Shown here one piece after another: positions 1-13,928 of a stretch of DNA of 64,000 nucleotides; the stretch's first letter is position 1, and each line of letters opens with the position of its first letter. The DNA is taken from positions 25,730,001-25,794,000 of the forward strand of contig NC_086106.1 of the NCBI RefSeq assembly GCF_963921235.1. Reading direction: 5' to 3'. Position numbers and translations under genes: made by a program. Under the pieces are notes generated by a model. The model searched no databases. It worked only from the letters and a program-made list of their open reading frames with translations, and had not been told where the DNA came from. Source of the DNA: Mobula hypostoma. Lineage: Eukaryota.

Positions 1-149
1 CATGCTGAGTTCTGCCTATCTTGTCATATGCCTCCAGGTACTCTGTAACCTCATCCTTGACAATCGACTCCAACAACTTCCCAACCAACGATGTCAAGCT
101 AACAGGTCTATAATTTCCTTTTTGCTTCCTTGTCCCCTTCTTAAATAGC
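1..149 (-). mobile_element. CR1 LINE ORF2 fragment
   Basis: Near-identical to 39790-39935 of the larger CR1 (NYRPVSLTS region). Confidence 0.8.
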
Positions 150-1290
150 CAAAGGTACAAGGAAATTTCCATTCCAGGTCGACGGAGATGTCCTCATTTT
201 TAAAGAAAGGGGCTTCCCTTCCTCCACCATCAACCCTGCTATCAAATGCATCTCCCCCATTTCACGCACATCTGCTCTCAGTCCTTCCTCCCGCCACCTC
301 ACGAGGAACAGGGCTCCCTTTATCCTCACCTACACCCCACTGGCCTCCGGGTCCAACATATTATTCTCCGTAACTTCTGCCACTTTCAACTGGATCCCAC
401 CACTAAGCCCACCTTTCCCTCCCCGCTTCTCTCTGCTTTCCGCAGGGATCGCTCCGCACTCGAATCCCTTGTCCATTCGACCACCCCGTCCCCCATCCCT
501 CCCATCCGATCTCCCTCCTGGCACTTATCCTTGTAAGCAGAACAAGTGTTGCACATGCCCTTACACTTCCTCCCTTACCACCATTCAGGGCCCCAGACAG
601 TCCTTCTAGGTGATATACAGCGTCCGGTGCTCCTGATGAGGCCTTCTATATATTGGCGAGACCCGACGTAGACTGGGAGATCGTTAAGCTCTGTCCGCCA
701 GAGAAAGCAAGATCTCCCAGTGGCCACACATTTTAATTCCACGTCTCAATCCCATTCTGATATGTCTATCCACAGCCTCCTCTACTGTAAAGATGAAGCC
801 ATACTCAGGTTGGAGGAAGAACACCTAGTATTCCGTCTGGGTAGCCTCCAACCTTATGGCATGAAAATTGACTTCTCAAACTTCCGCGATGCCCCACCTC
901 CCCCTCGTACCCCATCCGTTATTTATTTATATACACACATTCTTTATCGCTCTTTCCTTTTTTCTGCCTCTGTCCCTCTCACTATACCTCTTACCCATTC
1001 TCTAGGTTCCCCCCCCCCGCCGCTTTTCTTTCTCCCTAGGCCTCCATTCCAATGATCCCCTCATATCCCTTTTGCCAATCAACTGTCCAGCTCTTGGCTC
1101 CATCCCTCCCTCTCCTGTCTTCTATTATTTTGGATCTCCCCCTCCCTCTCCCACTTCCAAATCTCTTACTAGCTCTTCTTTCCGTTAGTCCTGACGAAGG
1201 GACCCGGCCCGGAACGTTGACTGTACCTCTTCCTAGAGATGCCGCCTGGTCTGCTGCGTTCACCAGTACCTTTGATATGTGTTGATATAA
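150..1290 (+). mobile_element. Penelope-like element, 3' part with GIY-YIG endonuclease remnant
   Basis: HPTGLRVQHIILRNF..AFRRDRS; VIY..LYIGET; PVATHFNS..LEEEHLVFRLGSLQPYGM; terminal CTGACGAAGG..GCGTTCACCAG motif. Confidence 0.8.
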
Positions 1291-1840
1291 TAAACGTAAA
1301 CCACTTTGGGGTAACCGTAAGCGTCTGTAAAGTGAAGGCATACATCAGGCTGTCTTTCATTAGTTCATAAAATATCCAGTGACTATCGCGGCACTGTGGC
1401 GATATCTGGTGTTATTTCACGAAGGATCAGGTTGTATTCCGACAATTTCGATGCTGTCAGCATATACTTCTCTGCTCAGTTTCCGCTTTTAGCGCGTTAC
1501 CATGTACTACCCTGCCCGCAAAAGATGTTTGGGTTGCATGTGCCCGTGATCGGTGGATCACTGAGTGTGTACGTTAAGAGGAATGTGCGACAATTGGGCC
1601 GATAAATCAGTTGACCAGAACACCTTAAGAATCGAGGAACTAAATTAGGCCACTTGACCTATCGAGTCTGCTCTACCATTTCAGAGGAGACAGTGTAGTA
1701 ATGGAGTTCTTCGACACAGTAAACATATAATTAATATAAGAAGTTCAAAAGGTCGAAATATACCTTTGGAAACAGAAGCTATCACTTTGTGCTCCCTCGG
1801 TAGTAAGCTGACGTTCCCTCTCTTTGTCTCTTCGATCGTG

Positions 1841-2420
1841 CTACTACTACGTCGAGTCAGGCTTAGAGTGCCGGCGTCGGGCACGATGACGGACTCCCCA
1901 CTTCTCCCTCTCCCTCATCAGTGTGTTCAGTTCATCTACATTAGCCGCGCCGCTGTCTTCTAGGAGCGTGTTGACCATAGTTTTGGGACGGCGTCTAGGG
2001 TACATCCTCCTGTGCTTGGGCTCCCATATGATGACTGGGCTGGCAGGTAGCTTGGGGTGGCGTAGACAGTGCCCCGCTAGTTGCAATCTTCTAGCCTGAA
2101 TTTTAGGAGAGAGCGTCGGTAGGTTGTTATAGAGCACGACGTTCGTCATGTGCTGTTGCCAACTCACATCAAGAGCCATCCGGAGCATTCGTGTATAGCA
2201 ACCATCTGGAGATTTTCGCATCGTCTTGATGAGTGTCCACGTCTCGCATCCGTACGTGAGAATTGACTCTGTGACTACTATGAAAATCCTTTTTTTAAGC
2301 CCTCTGGTCTGGTTCGACTTCCAGATTTCCTTCATGTCGTTCATAGCCCCCCACACCAGCGCCTTCCGTATCTTTATGACCTTCTCCGAACTCACCATCC
2401 TTGACTCGAGGTACTTGTAG
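1841..2420 (-). mobile_element. RTE-clade LINE 3' fragment
   Basis: ORF 1847-2398 ESILTYGCETWTL..YTRMLRMAL..RRLQLAGHCLRH; (TAG)n tail; absent from the paralogous site at ~44835. Confidence 0.85.
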
Positions 2421-3422
2421 GTCGATTGTGATGTGATTCAAAGTTCTAAAAGCAGCAATAGATTATGTCCTTTGCAAGAGTATTGAACGGTAGGATGAAA
2501 TTGAATCTCAATCCCATCCACCTCGGTATGACCTTGCTGTTTAATTCCTGTCTGCGCTGCATTTTTATACGGCTCTCAGAATTTATTTTTGCATTCTTTT
2601 ATTGTTTAACTTTGTGCTACCTCCATAAAAAATGCAGTGAATTCATCTGTAAAAACCGAATCAATCCAGTCATGTGACAATAATAAACAAATTCCTATCC
2701 AATTTACATATGTAGCGAACTTCACGTGGCTATAACATTAGTTCGGTTAAATCTGGTCGGGAAACCAGATTATACAAGCAATCACCCTGTTGTGATCTCA
2801 TTCCCTCTCTCCCCCCTCGCTCTCTTTTATACTAAAAATACCTTCTAAATATGAATCTCTGGGTAGTATGCGATCACGTATATGTAGTTTAATCATAAAT
2901 TCACTTTAAATATTGAACCTCTTTCTCAGAGCAAGGACCAAAATAGCATCTGCATTCTTAAACACGCGAAGCATCCGCTGGTTGTATCGCATTATCTAAA
3001 TTCTCAAAATAAACAATAAGTAATTGTTCCAACATCCTGAATTTCATCAGCGTGCTACTTGCAATTCTTCAACAATCAGAAAACTGCCAATATTCACACA
3101 ATCTGGTTTCCTTTAGTCAGCCATTGTGTTATTTAACTATATCCGGGATGCATTCTGATCTGATTAATTTACACTGCAGACACTCAACAAAGTGGCACAA
3201 GACAATATCAGACAAGGGTCTCAACGGTGATATGCCGTTGCAGCAACAGAGCGCGGCTGAATGCAGATTCCGATATCCAGGAAAGTTGTACAGTTCCAGT
3301 TTGGGTCCCCGTTGTAATCAGCCCCTTCGAGTTTCATCGCCAAACGACACCCTCCAGTGAAAGCTTTTCGCATTAAACAGGACAGTTTTTGTTTGGACCC
3401 ACCGTGGCCTTACAACAGTGTG

Positions 3423-3852
3423 GTGCTCACTGCACAGACGTACATGCCGGAGTCCGACACATGAGCTTCACTGATATTCAATTGAGCCGTCTTACTGCCT
3501 TTCTGCAAACTAGCGGTAAACCTCACTGCAATCTGGATGCCGCCCCATTCCTCCTATACTATGCAACTTCAGCAAATAATGTGGACGTTTGCAGCTATGT
3601 TGAATATAACAAAAGATATTCGCACTTAGCGTAAGTGTAATTACAGTTAAGTGTTATTTTCTTTCCTTCCTCGGCCGTCAAGTCAGGAGGATCCTACGTC
3701 ACTGAATCTTTCCCACTCGCTCCTGCAGTAAAGAGCAGAATACATAGACATCGCTGGCTTGTATTGAACGCCGGGGAAATTCGTTGGCCAGTTCGCAGAG
3801 ACTCACCAGGCAGCACAGCCAATCCAATCAGTAATAAACAGATGAAAATCAT
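3423..3852 (-). pseudogene. TCR V pseudogene (family of the 25.6/46-kb genes), RSS retained at 3384-3422
   Basis: Leader MIFICLLLIGLAVLP; TAG at the FR1 Gln (3694-3696); frameshifts; ends DSGMYVCAVS; RSS CACACTG-23-ACAAAAACT. Confidence 0.9.
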
Positions 3853-4048
3853 GGCGTCTAATTTCTGCCGCAATCGAGCGGCAGGTTGCTTACAGGTCGT
3901 AATTATCACCTAATAGATACTGTGGTGTGAGAACGTTTCATCAATAGCTTCCACCTATTGTTAGATTTGGGGAGTTTACCTGGTTAAAGGATGGGCTGAC
4001 GGAATGAACCGAGCCTTTCTGAGCACCTGTTTCTTCGTTCTTTCAACG

Positions 4049-4207
4049 NNNNNNNNNNNNNNNNNNNNNNNNNNNNNNNNNNNNNNNNNNNNNNNNNNNN
4101 NNNNNNNNNNNNNNNNNNNNNNNNNNNNNNNNNNNNNNNNNNNNNNNNNNNNNNNNNNNNNNNNNNNNNNNNNNNNNNNNNNNNNNNNNNNNNNNNNNNN
4201 NNNNNNN
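4049..4207. other. Assembly gap (N)
   Basis: N run; a second gap at 48485-48638. Confidence 1.
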
Positions 4208-5694
4208 CTCAGTCTCTTTCCCAGCGTACCCTACTTCCTCGGTTTACCAGTTCTCTGCATGTTCACTACACAGACTTATCAATGTCTAATCCAACACATG
4301 GCTTTTCACGTTGTCGCTTCTTCAACATGAGCAATATCTCGCTGCATGTAGTTGATGCATTTATTTATTTGTTTTGTTTGTTAGTTATTTGAAGACCCGT
4401 AACACAATATGTATCAGTCTTCCAGCATTAAACTAGCTTTTCAACTGTTTGTAAGATTTATTCTCTACGCTTTGTATGCTGTTAGGGAGGCATCTCCGAT
4501 CCACGTCAATAGACCCCTGACAGCACACTCTGTGTAGCCAACACATTCTTCGTTAAAAAAAAAAACTCACCTCTGTGTAGCCAACACATTCTTCATTAAA
4601 AAAAAACTCACCTCTGGCATTCCCTTGTAATTTCTATCAGTCGTCTTAAAATATCGTCCTCTTGCATAAGCCATTTCCACTCTTAGGTCAAGGTGTGAGT
4701 TCTCCACTTTATCTATGTCTCCTATCATATCTTACACAGCTATTAAGCTACCCCTCAGCTTCTAAAATTTCAAAAATAAAAGTGTTTGCTCGTAGAAACT
4801 GAATTGTCCGTTGGAATATAAATACGCTTGCGAATGTGTAACTGTAGTTTAGCATTACGACTTGTTCTATCTTAATCGTCGATGCATAGGGATAAATCTC
4901 TCCCCCACGAGGCACCCACTATTTGTGCAAAGATTCGCCGGGCAGCTTAGTCAATATGTATCAAGGAAGCACATGGTGTCTCATTTCTAAAAGCCAGATT
5001 ACATCAAATGAGGTAATACCACAGATCTGTGAGAATAGAGTCAGATACGCTGCACCTTTCACTTCGTTTGAAATCTGCGTACATTGCTCTGCTAAATGGG
5101 AGCTGAACCGTGGAAGTCAGAACTAAGTCTATTTAGCCACCGATCTGAATGGAACTACTACGTTCACTGTCTCTTAAACATTCTCTCTAATTTTATTCTA
5201 TTTCTCGCTCTCACTCCCTCCCTCCTTCGTTGCACTTTTACTGACTCTTCATTTCCAGCAATGCCTCTCCTTCTCTATTCTCTCTTTCCATGCTCTCCTG
5301 TATTTCCGTCCCTGTCTCTCAATCGATCTCTGTCAGCCACTGTAATCTGAAGTAGTCGATTTTTGTTGACCCCCCACACCCCCACCGTCCACCACTCTCT
5401 CCACAAGATGTTGTTAACCACAAGATAGTGTGATAGGCAACAGAGAGACACATGGAAACCGAGATAAAGTAGAGATGTTTCGGAAAGCTGCCAAAATATC
5501 TTTAGGTAACCCGGAATTCAAGAAGTGTTCCTCAAAGTTGTGCGCATTTTGGCGCTGAATGCAGCGCTTTAAGTTGATCACGTGATCCTCATACTTCGTG
5601 CGTCCCGCTGTACCAGTTTCCCAGCAAAGGCGCCCACTAGTGATCACGCAAGCCTGGATTTTGTCCGGACCCTGTGTGCCCCTGTTAATCCTGA

Positions 5695-7209
5695 AGGGTC
5701 CATTGCACAGTGGTATACGACAGAGTCTGGCACAAGAACTTCACAGATATTTAAAGAGCTGCCTCTGCCTTTGTGCAAATCAGCTTTCAACCTTGCCAAA
5801 CATTCTGGAGGCCGCTCCTGTTATGGTCCGGTCCGCAAAGTCCGCATTCCGTTTCACGGACCGGTCCATCGATCCTTATTACAGGTTTTCCGGATTTCCC
5901 CTCTTCTTTTGGTGCCTTAATTGAGGCATATGATTCTCATTTTGGGCAGGAGACATGAACAGATCCTGGTTCAGCTTCACTTGCTGGACTGTTCCTTTCC
6001 GATCCCCTTCGTTCTGTAGCCCTTGGCTGAAGCCTCACCTGCTACCTTTCGCCTGAAGCCTCGCCTGAGTCTTCGCCTAATCTCGCCGTCAAGTTCTACC
6101 GCCGGAGCAAGACGGGAGCCTTACTGTGTTTAGATAAGGAACTGTCTTTCGTTGTTTGGAACTGGCTCTGTCTCCACACCTTCTGTCGGTAAGTCCGGCC
6201 GTTTGTCGCTAGCTTGTGTAGGCAACCGTCTCGTCGAGTTCAGCATTCTGTGTATGAGTCCCTGCCCTACATCCTGTTCCCAAGGAGGGTCCGGTGTCTG
6301 TGTTCCATGTTCCTGTACTCCCTCGACCAAGTCTCTCTGTTCCTGTCTCCCTCGACCAAGGCTCCGCGTTCCTGTTCTCCCTCGACGAAGGCTCGGCATA
6401 CTTTTTTTTCCTTCGAACAGGGCTCGGCGTTCCTGTTCTCCCTTGACCAAGGCTCTGCTTTCCTGTTCTCCATCTTCCAAAGCTCTGCGTTTCACTTTTC
6501 CCTCGTCCAAAGCTCTGCGTTCCTGTTTTCCTTTGTCCAAAGCTTCGAGGTTCCAGTATCTGCCAAGACAAATTTCCTGTGTTCCAGTTCTGCCAAGATC
6601 AAATCCAGGCTTCAGGTTCTTGTCCAGTCCTGAAGCCACGTACAGTCCTCTGGCTACGCCACTTCCTGTAGCCACGTCTTGTCCGAGCCTGGATTCGGAG
6701 TCTGAGCCAGAGTCAAGACCCTAGTTCCGGGTCCCTGTCCAGTCTCTGGCTTGAAGTCCTACCCAGGCACAAGTTCCTACTTCCTTTTCTTGGCTCCGCT
6801 TCGCTAGTCAAGTCCAGCCCAGGTCTTGGATCCTAGTCTCGTTCAGAGTCTGTGCCTTGCATTTAGGTCCGCTTCCAGCGCCCCCCGCCCCTATGACAGC
6901 TTCAGATTTGCTGAGCCATATACCTTCAGCAGTAATTTTTCCAGATTTGCCACGATACGGAATGTATCAAAAATGTTTGCATTACTTCGTGTGCAATTGC
7001 AATTCAGTGTGATGATCTGCCTTTTGTCAGCCATTAATTTAGGAGCATCCTAGATCACTGAATCTTTCTCTCTCGTTCATGCATTAAAAGACAGAATGCA
7101 GTAATATCCGTGACTTGCACTGAACTCATGTTTCACTCCTTGGTCATTTGCACAGCGTCTTACCTGTCAGGATGGCAAATGTAAACAATAACAAACGGAA
7201 GGAACACAT
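5695..7209 (-). pseudogene. TCR V pseudogene (family B) split by a solo LTR
   Basis: Leader 7209-7164; acceptor AG mutated; TAG at 7050-7052; FR2 lesion; ends DSVVYHCAMD; heptamer lacks CAC. Confidence 0.85.
5819..6898 (+). mobile_element. Solo-LTR-like element inserted in a V exon
   Basis: TGTTA..TGACA termini; 5-bp TSD GCTCC/GCTTC; internal ~30-bp tandem repeats at 6320-6540. Confidence 0.75.
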
Positions 7210-8197
7210 ACTTCTGGTATCTACCTCGATAGGACGACAGATAACTTCCAAGAAGTTATCACTATAACAGACATTGTAGAGTAAAACCGTATTAAAAGTA
7301 GACTTCAAAGGTCGCTACTAAACGATTGGGAGAAAAACAGAGCAGAAAACTGAGTTTGATTTCGTTGAATTCCCCCCTCCTGCCATTTTCCCACACTATA
7401 AACCTTTCTCACCCCATCTCTCTCCACGCCGTCTCTCTCCATCTATCGACTTATCTATCTTTCTCTCTTTCTCTCCGTCTGTCTTTCTCGCTCTCTCCAT
7501 AGCTTCTCTCTCTCTCACACTCTTCTTCCGAACAATCACATCTATTTTTCTACTTATTTTGTTCGCTATAAAAATTCTATCTCGCTTTGTTTGCTATTCC
7601 GTCCCTGTTCTCTCCATTCTCACACCACGTCACAACATTACTGAGTCATATGCAAAATTATGAATTCCCGCTGGTCCTGTTATCTATCATTAGCCTTATA
7701 ACTTATGACGAAATACCTGTCAATCTACCAGCATCCCTTTGGATATTTCTTGTCAATGGCACACCCAATATTTATTCCCGAATATCTTTTCCAACAGTTA
7801 GACAATCTCCTCTCCCTGGCTACAGACTCAACTGAAAATTTATTTTCTGTGGTTGCCTTCTGCCTCATAACTTAATGGCTCCTTTCTCAGAATGTAAAGA
7901 CCCTGTCGGTAACGAAATCTTGCAAAGTGTTCAAAGTCCTGACAGTCTATTGTAGACAACAGGTGGAAATGGATATGAGTTGCCTCGAAAATCTTTTACG
8001 TTCCCACTTGTACCGACAAACTGAATTCAAGCCTGGAACCCTGCGATCCCGAGTGCTGTCGGATTAAGGCGAACCCGTTGAATCACGTTCGTCTTGGCTT
8101 CCATTCTTCTTTCTGTGTAAAACTCGCTCTCTATTCAGCGTTCCTTACAACAACTAAGGGTTGTATTTTCCGTATCCATTATCTCCCTTCAACTGTG

Positions 8198-8330
8198 CAT
8201 GCTGCACGGCAGAAAGATACAAGGAAGAGCCCGAAGCAAGATCCTCGGTGATTTTTCATTGAACCATCTTCCATCATTTTGCAAAACAGTGGTAAACAGC
8301 GAAACATCAATTAATTACTAGTGGGGTGAG
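8198..8330 (-). pseudogene. 3' remnant of a V exon
   Basis: ITEDLASGSSLYLSAVQ followed by heptamer-like CACAGTT (8197-8191); paralog at 50.35 kb. Confidence 0.55.
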
Positions 8331-9324
8331 AAAAGACACAGAGATGATGCTATGAAATCAGTCCCCTCAGTGTCAGCAAAAGGAATGAACTGGTATTGAC
8401 TTCAAAAGTGATGGGACGAGCGATCATCAACAATAACCTTTTCAGGATCAGCGCGTAAACACCATGGCCAAGAAAGCTCAAACACGCCATTAAGTCCTCA
8501 GTAGGCAAAATAAAATTAGCACGCTCCTATCGACCTTGTCCATTTCTTTGATAAACCCAAAAGAAAGCATTATTTGCAGAAGATTAATGCCTTGGAATGA
8601 CAAATGTTCTGCACGTGACTACAATAAATTGCGCAAACTTATGGACACAACTTGTCTCGTCAATGATAGAACAGGAATTCTGCCTGCCCTCTTGCTGAAT
8701 CAGTGAAACACCCAGCATGATCAAAGTGTAACCCATTCCAGACATTAGCTCATTCTCCACTCCGATCGGGGAACAGATATACAAGCATCAGGGTGACCCT
8801 CTAAAATGCTATTAAAAGACAACTGCGTTGTTCCCCTGTAAGAGAAGTTGAACACTTGAACTCACAACTAAATCAGTATTACCTTCCAACATTTCGTTAA
8901 CTTGCACAACACTTTCTTTGCAGCTGCTTAACTACATTGCCAATTCTGCTGTTGACTCAGCTTGTACATCCTCAAATACCAATGCAATGACTTTATCCTT
9001 TTAAGGATATGCAAGAAAGTATTCTCACTCTACCCCGGTAGATAAATCACGACCTAACGAAAATCTAATCCGCTTGTTCAGTCTGTCTGAGTAAACGGAG
9101 TAACGCAAGAATTGAAGCCGTCATTATTAAAACGATAGGGTGTGAGGATAGCGAGTAAACGTGGCGGTGGTCGTTTTCAGATGTACGTTTTATTTGGTGC
9201 CGTGGTAGAGACTGCATAGTGATATCTACAGAAACCCTGTTTCAATTCGACCACCCATCTTGCCTGAAGTATGTGTTCACCTGCCCATGTTTCTCGTTTC
9301 CTCCGGAGTCCCAAAGACTATATG

Positions 9325-10975
9325 ACCATCATACGGCCCGTCGAGTCTACTCTGCCATTCAATCATGGGTATATCTAATCTTTCCAGTCATCCCCACTCC
9401 CCTGCCTTCTCCCCATACCCTTTGGTACCCCGGCAAATGAAGAACCTATCTGCTTTAAATGCACCAGTGACTTGGACTCTACAGCCGCTCGTTGCAACAC
9501 GTTCCACAGATTTACCACCCTCCGACTAAAGTAACTTCTCCGCATCTCTGTTCCAAATCGACTTCCTTCAATACTGACGTCGTGTCGTCTTGTCCTAGAC
9601 CATCCTACCATGGGAAATAACTTTGTCAAATCTAATCTCTTCAGGCCTTTTAACATTCGAAATGTTTCCATGAGATCCCCCGTCATACTCCTGAACTCCA
9701 GGAATTGCAGCCCAAGAGTTGTCAGACATTCCTGCAATCATTCTCGTGAATCGTCTCTGAACCTTCCCCAATGCAATGTATATTTTGTAAAATAGGGAGC
9801 CCAAAAGCGCAATCCAAGTGTAGCGTCTTAAAGAACCTCAACATCACATCTCTGCTCCTATAGACTATACCTCTACAAATGAATGCCAACATTGCATTGG
9901 TCTTCTGCACCATGGACCCAACCTTTAGGTCATCATGCACAAGGACTCCCAATTCCATTCTCATCTCTGCATTTTGAATTCTTTCCCCATCGCAATAATA
10001 GTCTGCTCGGTTATTTCATCCACCAAAGTACATGACCATACATTTTCCAACCCTGTTTTCATTTGCCACTTCTTTGCCCCTTTCGCTGCACTATCTGAGT
10101 CTGCAGGCTCTCTGTTTCCTCAACACTACCAGCTCCTCAAACTATTTTTGTATTACCGGCACATTTATCCACAAATTCATTAATCACATAGCCCAAATCA
10201 TTGGCATGCATCGTAAAAAGCAGCTGTCCCAATACCAACACTTGTGGAACTCAACTGGTAATCGGCAGCCAGCCAGAATAGGATCCCTTTATTCCCACTC
10301 TGTTTTTATCCTTTGTATTTATTTTTGCCGACCAGCCAATGTTCCACGCACGCTAGTAGCTTCACTATAATTCCAAGGACTCTATCTTGCTGACAGCCTC
10401 ATGTGCAGTGACCTATCAAACGCCCTCTGAAAATACAAGTACACCACATTTACTGAATCGTCTTTGTCTATCGTGCATGCAATTTGACACAAAGTTGTTG
10501 CAGGTTAGTCAGAAAGTATTTTCCTTTCAGGAAGCCATGCTGTCCCTGGCCTATAATGTCATGCGCCTCAAGGTATTCCGTATCTCATCCCTGACAACCG
10601 ATTCCAACAACTTCCCAACCACTGACGTCAGGCTAAGAGGACCTTTTCTGCTGCCACCCACCCTCCTTAAATAGCAGAGTAAGATTTGCAATTTTCCAGT
10701 GTTCTGGTGCAATGTCAGATTCTATGAATTCTTGAACGATCATTGTTAATCCCTCCAAAATTTCTGCAGCAAATTCCTTCAACACCCAAGTGTGCATTCC
10801 AGCAGGTGCAGGAGATTTATCCACCATCAGACCATGAAGCTTCCGGAGTACCTTCTCAGTCGTAATTTTCACTGCAAGTACTCTACTGTCCTGACATAGT
10901 TGGGTGTCCGGGATACTGCAGATGTAATGACTGATGCAAAATACGCTTTCAGTTTTTTCTGCAAGATAGTCGCAC
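9325..10975 (-). mobile_element. Decayed CR1 LINE
   Basis: RT and C-terminal remnants (ALGKVQRRFTRMI, NAMLAFI, WKIANLTLLFK). Confidence 0.85.
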
Positions 10976-12659
10976 TGGTTCATATCTGGTCTTGAGTAGA
11001 GGAGAGATCTGGATGAAAACACTGTCAAATTCGTGATAGGGAAACCGACTGGGCGGTGTAAATAACGGCAAACATAAAATAAAAATGAGAATTGTTGAAA
11101 AAAATTTAGAAAATTTTGCAACCGATGCTTACAATTTGTGCAACGCTTCGGCAGCAAACCGGTCGTATTCACCGCTCCTTCTCCCAGCAATCAGAAGACA
11201 CAAATGCCTGAAACAACGTAGAACAGCATAAGAATAAATAATATCTTCTATCCTGGTGGTATGACACAATTGAATGGCGCAAATGGATGAAATATTGACT
11301 CACACCACAGTCTTCCATGTTATGTCTTTACGCCTTATAGTCTCTCTGCTCTACAGGTATGTTGCACTTTAATTTGCTTCCTGGTATTGTTTACCTTTTT
11401 CAACCACGCTGCCCTGTGTAATAAATAGATGAGTATGAACAAAATATTTGAAGACATTATTTCCTTGTATCTCGGTATACGTGGCAATAATAAAACAATT
11501 CCATTTCCATCTGAGGTCAACCTCAGACCCATTATATCTAGCTGTCAGATTAATCTACAATGAATTTGGCACTCTTTTAAAAATCCGTTTCTGTCAATCC
11601 TTCTTCTCTCTCCTTTTCCCTCCCTTTTTCTCTCTTTATCGCTCCCTCTCTTTTTTATCTTTCCCTCTCACTGCCTCATTCTTTCCTCATTCCTCTCCTA
11701 TCCTCACTGGTAATTCTTCAATGAAGGGGAACACAGTTGTCAAAAACAAGTCCAGTAAAATTGCTAACTGTGAAGTGACGTTCAGAGCAAAAGAGTTATG
11801 ACAAGAACAACAAATTGCACTGGATGTTCATTACGAAAATAACATTTATATCTCTCATTACGCATTGATTTTGAGAGCTGTTCCTCAGTCTTGACGACAT
11901 GTTGCTCTTAAACGTGGCTTCATTAAGTCTCCAAAGCTCTCTTTCCTTCTCACCGCTTCTTTCTTCACGTGTTTTTTTCTTCCCTCTTTCCCGGTTTATC
12001 CATTCCGTTGTCCTGCTTCTCCTTCCCCACTCTCCTCCCAGCTGTTCTTTCTCTCGATATCAATCAAGCTCCCTCCTTACGCCACTCTAGCCGTTCCCGC
12101 TCCCTCGCTCTTTTTCCGACCTCGCTCTCGCTCTCCTCCTACATCTCTTTACTCTTTCTTCTATTCCCTCTCTTTGGCATCATTTTTCTCTCTCTCGATC
12201 TGTGTCGATCCCCTTCATTCATTCACTTTCCCTCGCCCTTCACCATATTTCGCTCTCCATATTTCTTTGCTATCTTGCTTTCTCGTTTCTCACGCATTTC
12301 TCTCGAATTCCTTCTGTCCGCTCCTATGTCACAACACACTGTTTTCATTTATCCTGATCTTACTCCGGCTTTCTCTATTGCACATCTGTACCCATACATA
12401 AGGGTCATGCCAATGACAGTAGAGAGAAAGAGGGCAGAATTTGCTCGGAGGAGAAATGGTAGTGCTTTGCAGAGCGTATACCTCGTCGTTGCAGCCTTGA
12501 GGAGCCCCTCCGGAGGGAAAATGCGGTGACGTCTTCGCCCTATGGACGAGCTTAATTTGAAGGTTGAGGGAACACCGAAGGCACCCGTTAGAGCAAGCAA
12601 ACACTGAGAAAACTCTGGTGTCCGGATCCTCTATTGCCGTGGAACGTTAAGTACGGAAT

Positions 12660-13023
12660 TGCGCAATGCTATTCCGTGAAGTCCAGCAGAATCCCGAAGA
12701 ACATAATTAAGCGGAAATATGCCATTTTTGTACAGAGACCCGAAGTCCTGACCGATCTGTCTTCGCCTAAAACTATATCTCCAGTCATGAATGTTTTCGT
12801 AGATTTTCCAGAATATTGAACGCACAACAAATATGCTCCGCTAGATTGCAAGTTACTGCAGCACAGAGACACGGTCTGCCCTTCCAAAGTCATAAAATCC
12901 CTCCTATTGGGGTTACAAAATCTGCAGCATTTGTCCCTGTTACAAACCTCGAATGTTTGAGCAGCGCCGGAACGCACTGACAGATTCAACAGGTAGAATA
13001 GTCGATAAAAAAAAGACCACCAT
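12660..13023 (-). pseudogene. TCR V pseudogene (family E)
   Basis: GTNAADFVT/NRRDFMTLEGQTVSLCCS..VQYSGK..LRDSAGLHGIALR; FR1 frameshift, Trp41 lost, RSS degenerate. Confidence 0.75.
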
Positions 13024-13928
13024 GTGGTAGTTGTATCGGCAACATCGTACATTAACTCAATTAAACAGATAATGATTTGAAGATGTTTCTTCGAAGAAGA
13101 CAAGTGATTCAAGAAAGGACTAGCAGAGACTTTCTGGGAGACTCTGTACTTTCGTTTCGAAGTATATCGACCGTTTTCTTCTAAAATAGATCATGAAAAT
13201 GGACTGACGTTAATTGACTATATTCCTCTCCTCCTACTTTCTCACTCTCTCTCTCTCTTACTCTCTCTCTCTCTCACTGTCTCATTCACCCTTTCCCCTC
13301 TTTTTATCCGCTATTATTTTTTTCTCTTCCGTTTTGTACTGTATTTTCCTTTCTCCTTCACTGTCTGATGTCCCTCACTGTCTCACTTCCTCTCTCTGAC
13401 GTCCGCCTCTCTATGTCCTCATCCTATTCGACTCCCTCAGATTCTCTCTGTCACTGTCAAGTCATCTTTCCAATTCCTGCATTCTCGATCCCTCCTTCAG
13501 ATCTTTCCCATCCACCTCTCCGCAGCCCCTTTCCCAGATGATGAAAACGGCCCCAGATAAATGAGTAACAATATAAAATTACCGTACGCAGAATTTGTTT
13601 CCAGTGGAAGACCTCTTGCAATCCTCTCTCACAAAGAGCTGCGGAGGCAGTGATTTCCTTTAAAAGACAGAGATTTCGTTTGCATCTTCAAGGAATCGGG
13701 GATATCTGCAAGCTTCTGTAAAATATAAACCAAGAACTAAGAGGAGTCTCACATAGCTTGGTCTTTCTCTGCTTGCCTTTGATTCTAAACGTGGAACTAG
13801 TTCCGGTTACGGCGACAACTACTCCTTGTTGAAGTATCCATTGTCCACGTCTCGCATATTTACAAAACAGAGTAGGGAGATACTGCAACAATGTTTTACG
13901 GAAAGGGAAATCCCGACCACAAAGATAA

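Noticed and set aside
6130-6724. Long repetitive ORFs on both strands
   Set aside because: By-products of ~30-bp tandem repeats inside the LTR.
11899-12529. Hydrophobic S/L/F-rich ORFs here and at 16.0, 20.4, 56.6 and 60.1-61.3 kb
   Set aside because: Translation of CT-rich low-complexity DNA, not membrane proteins.
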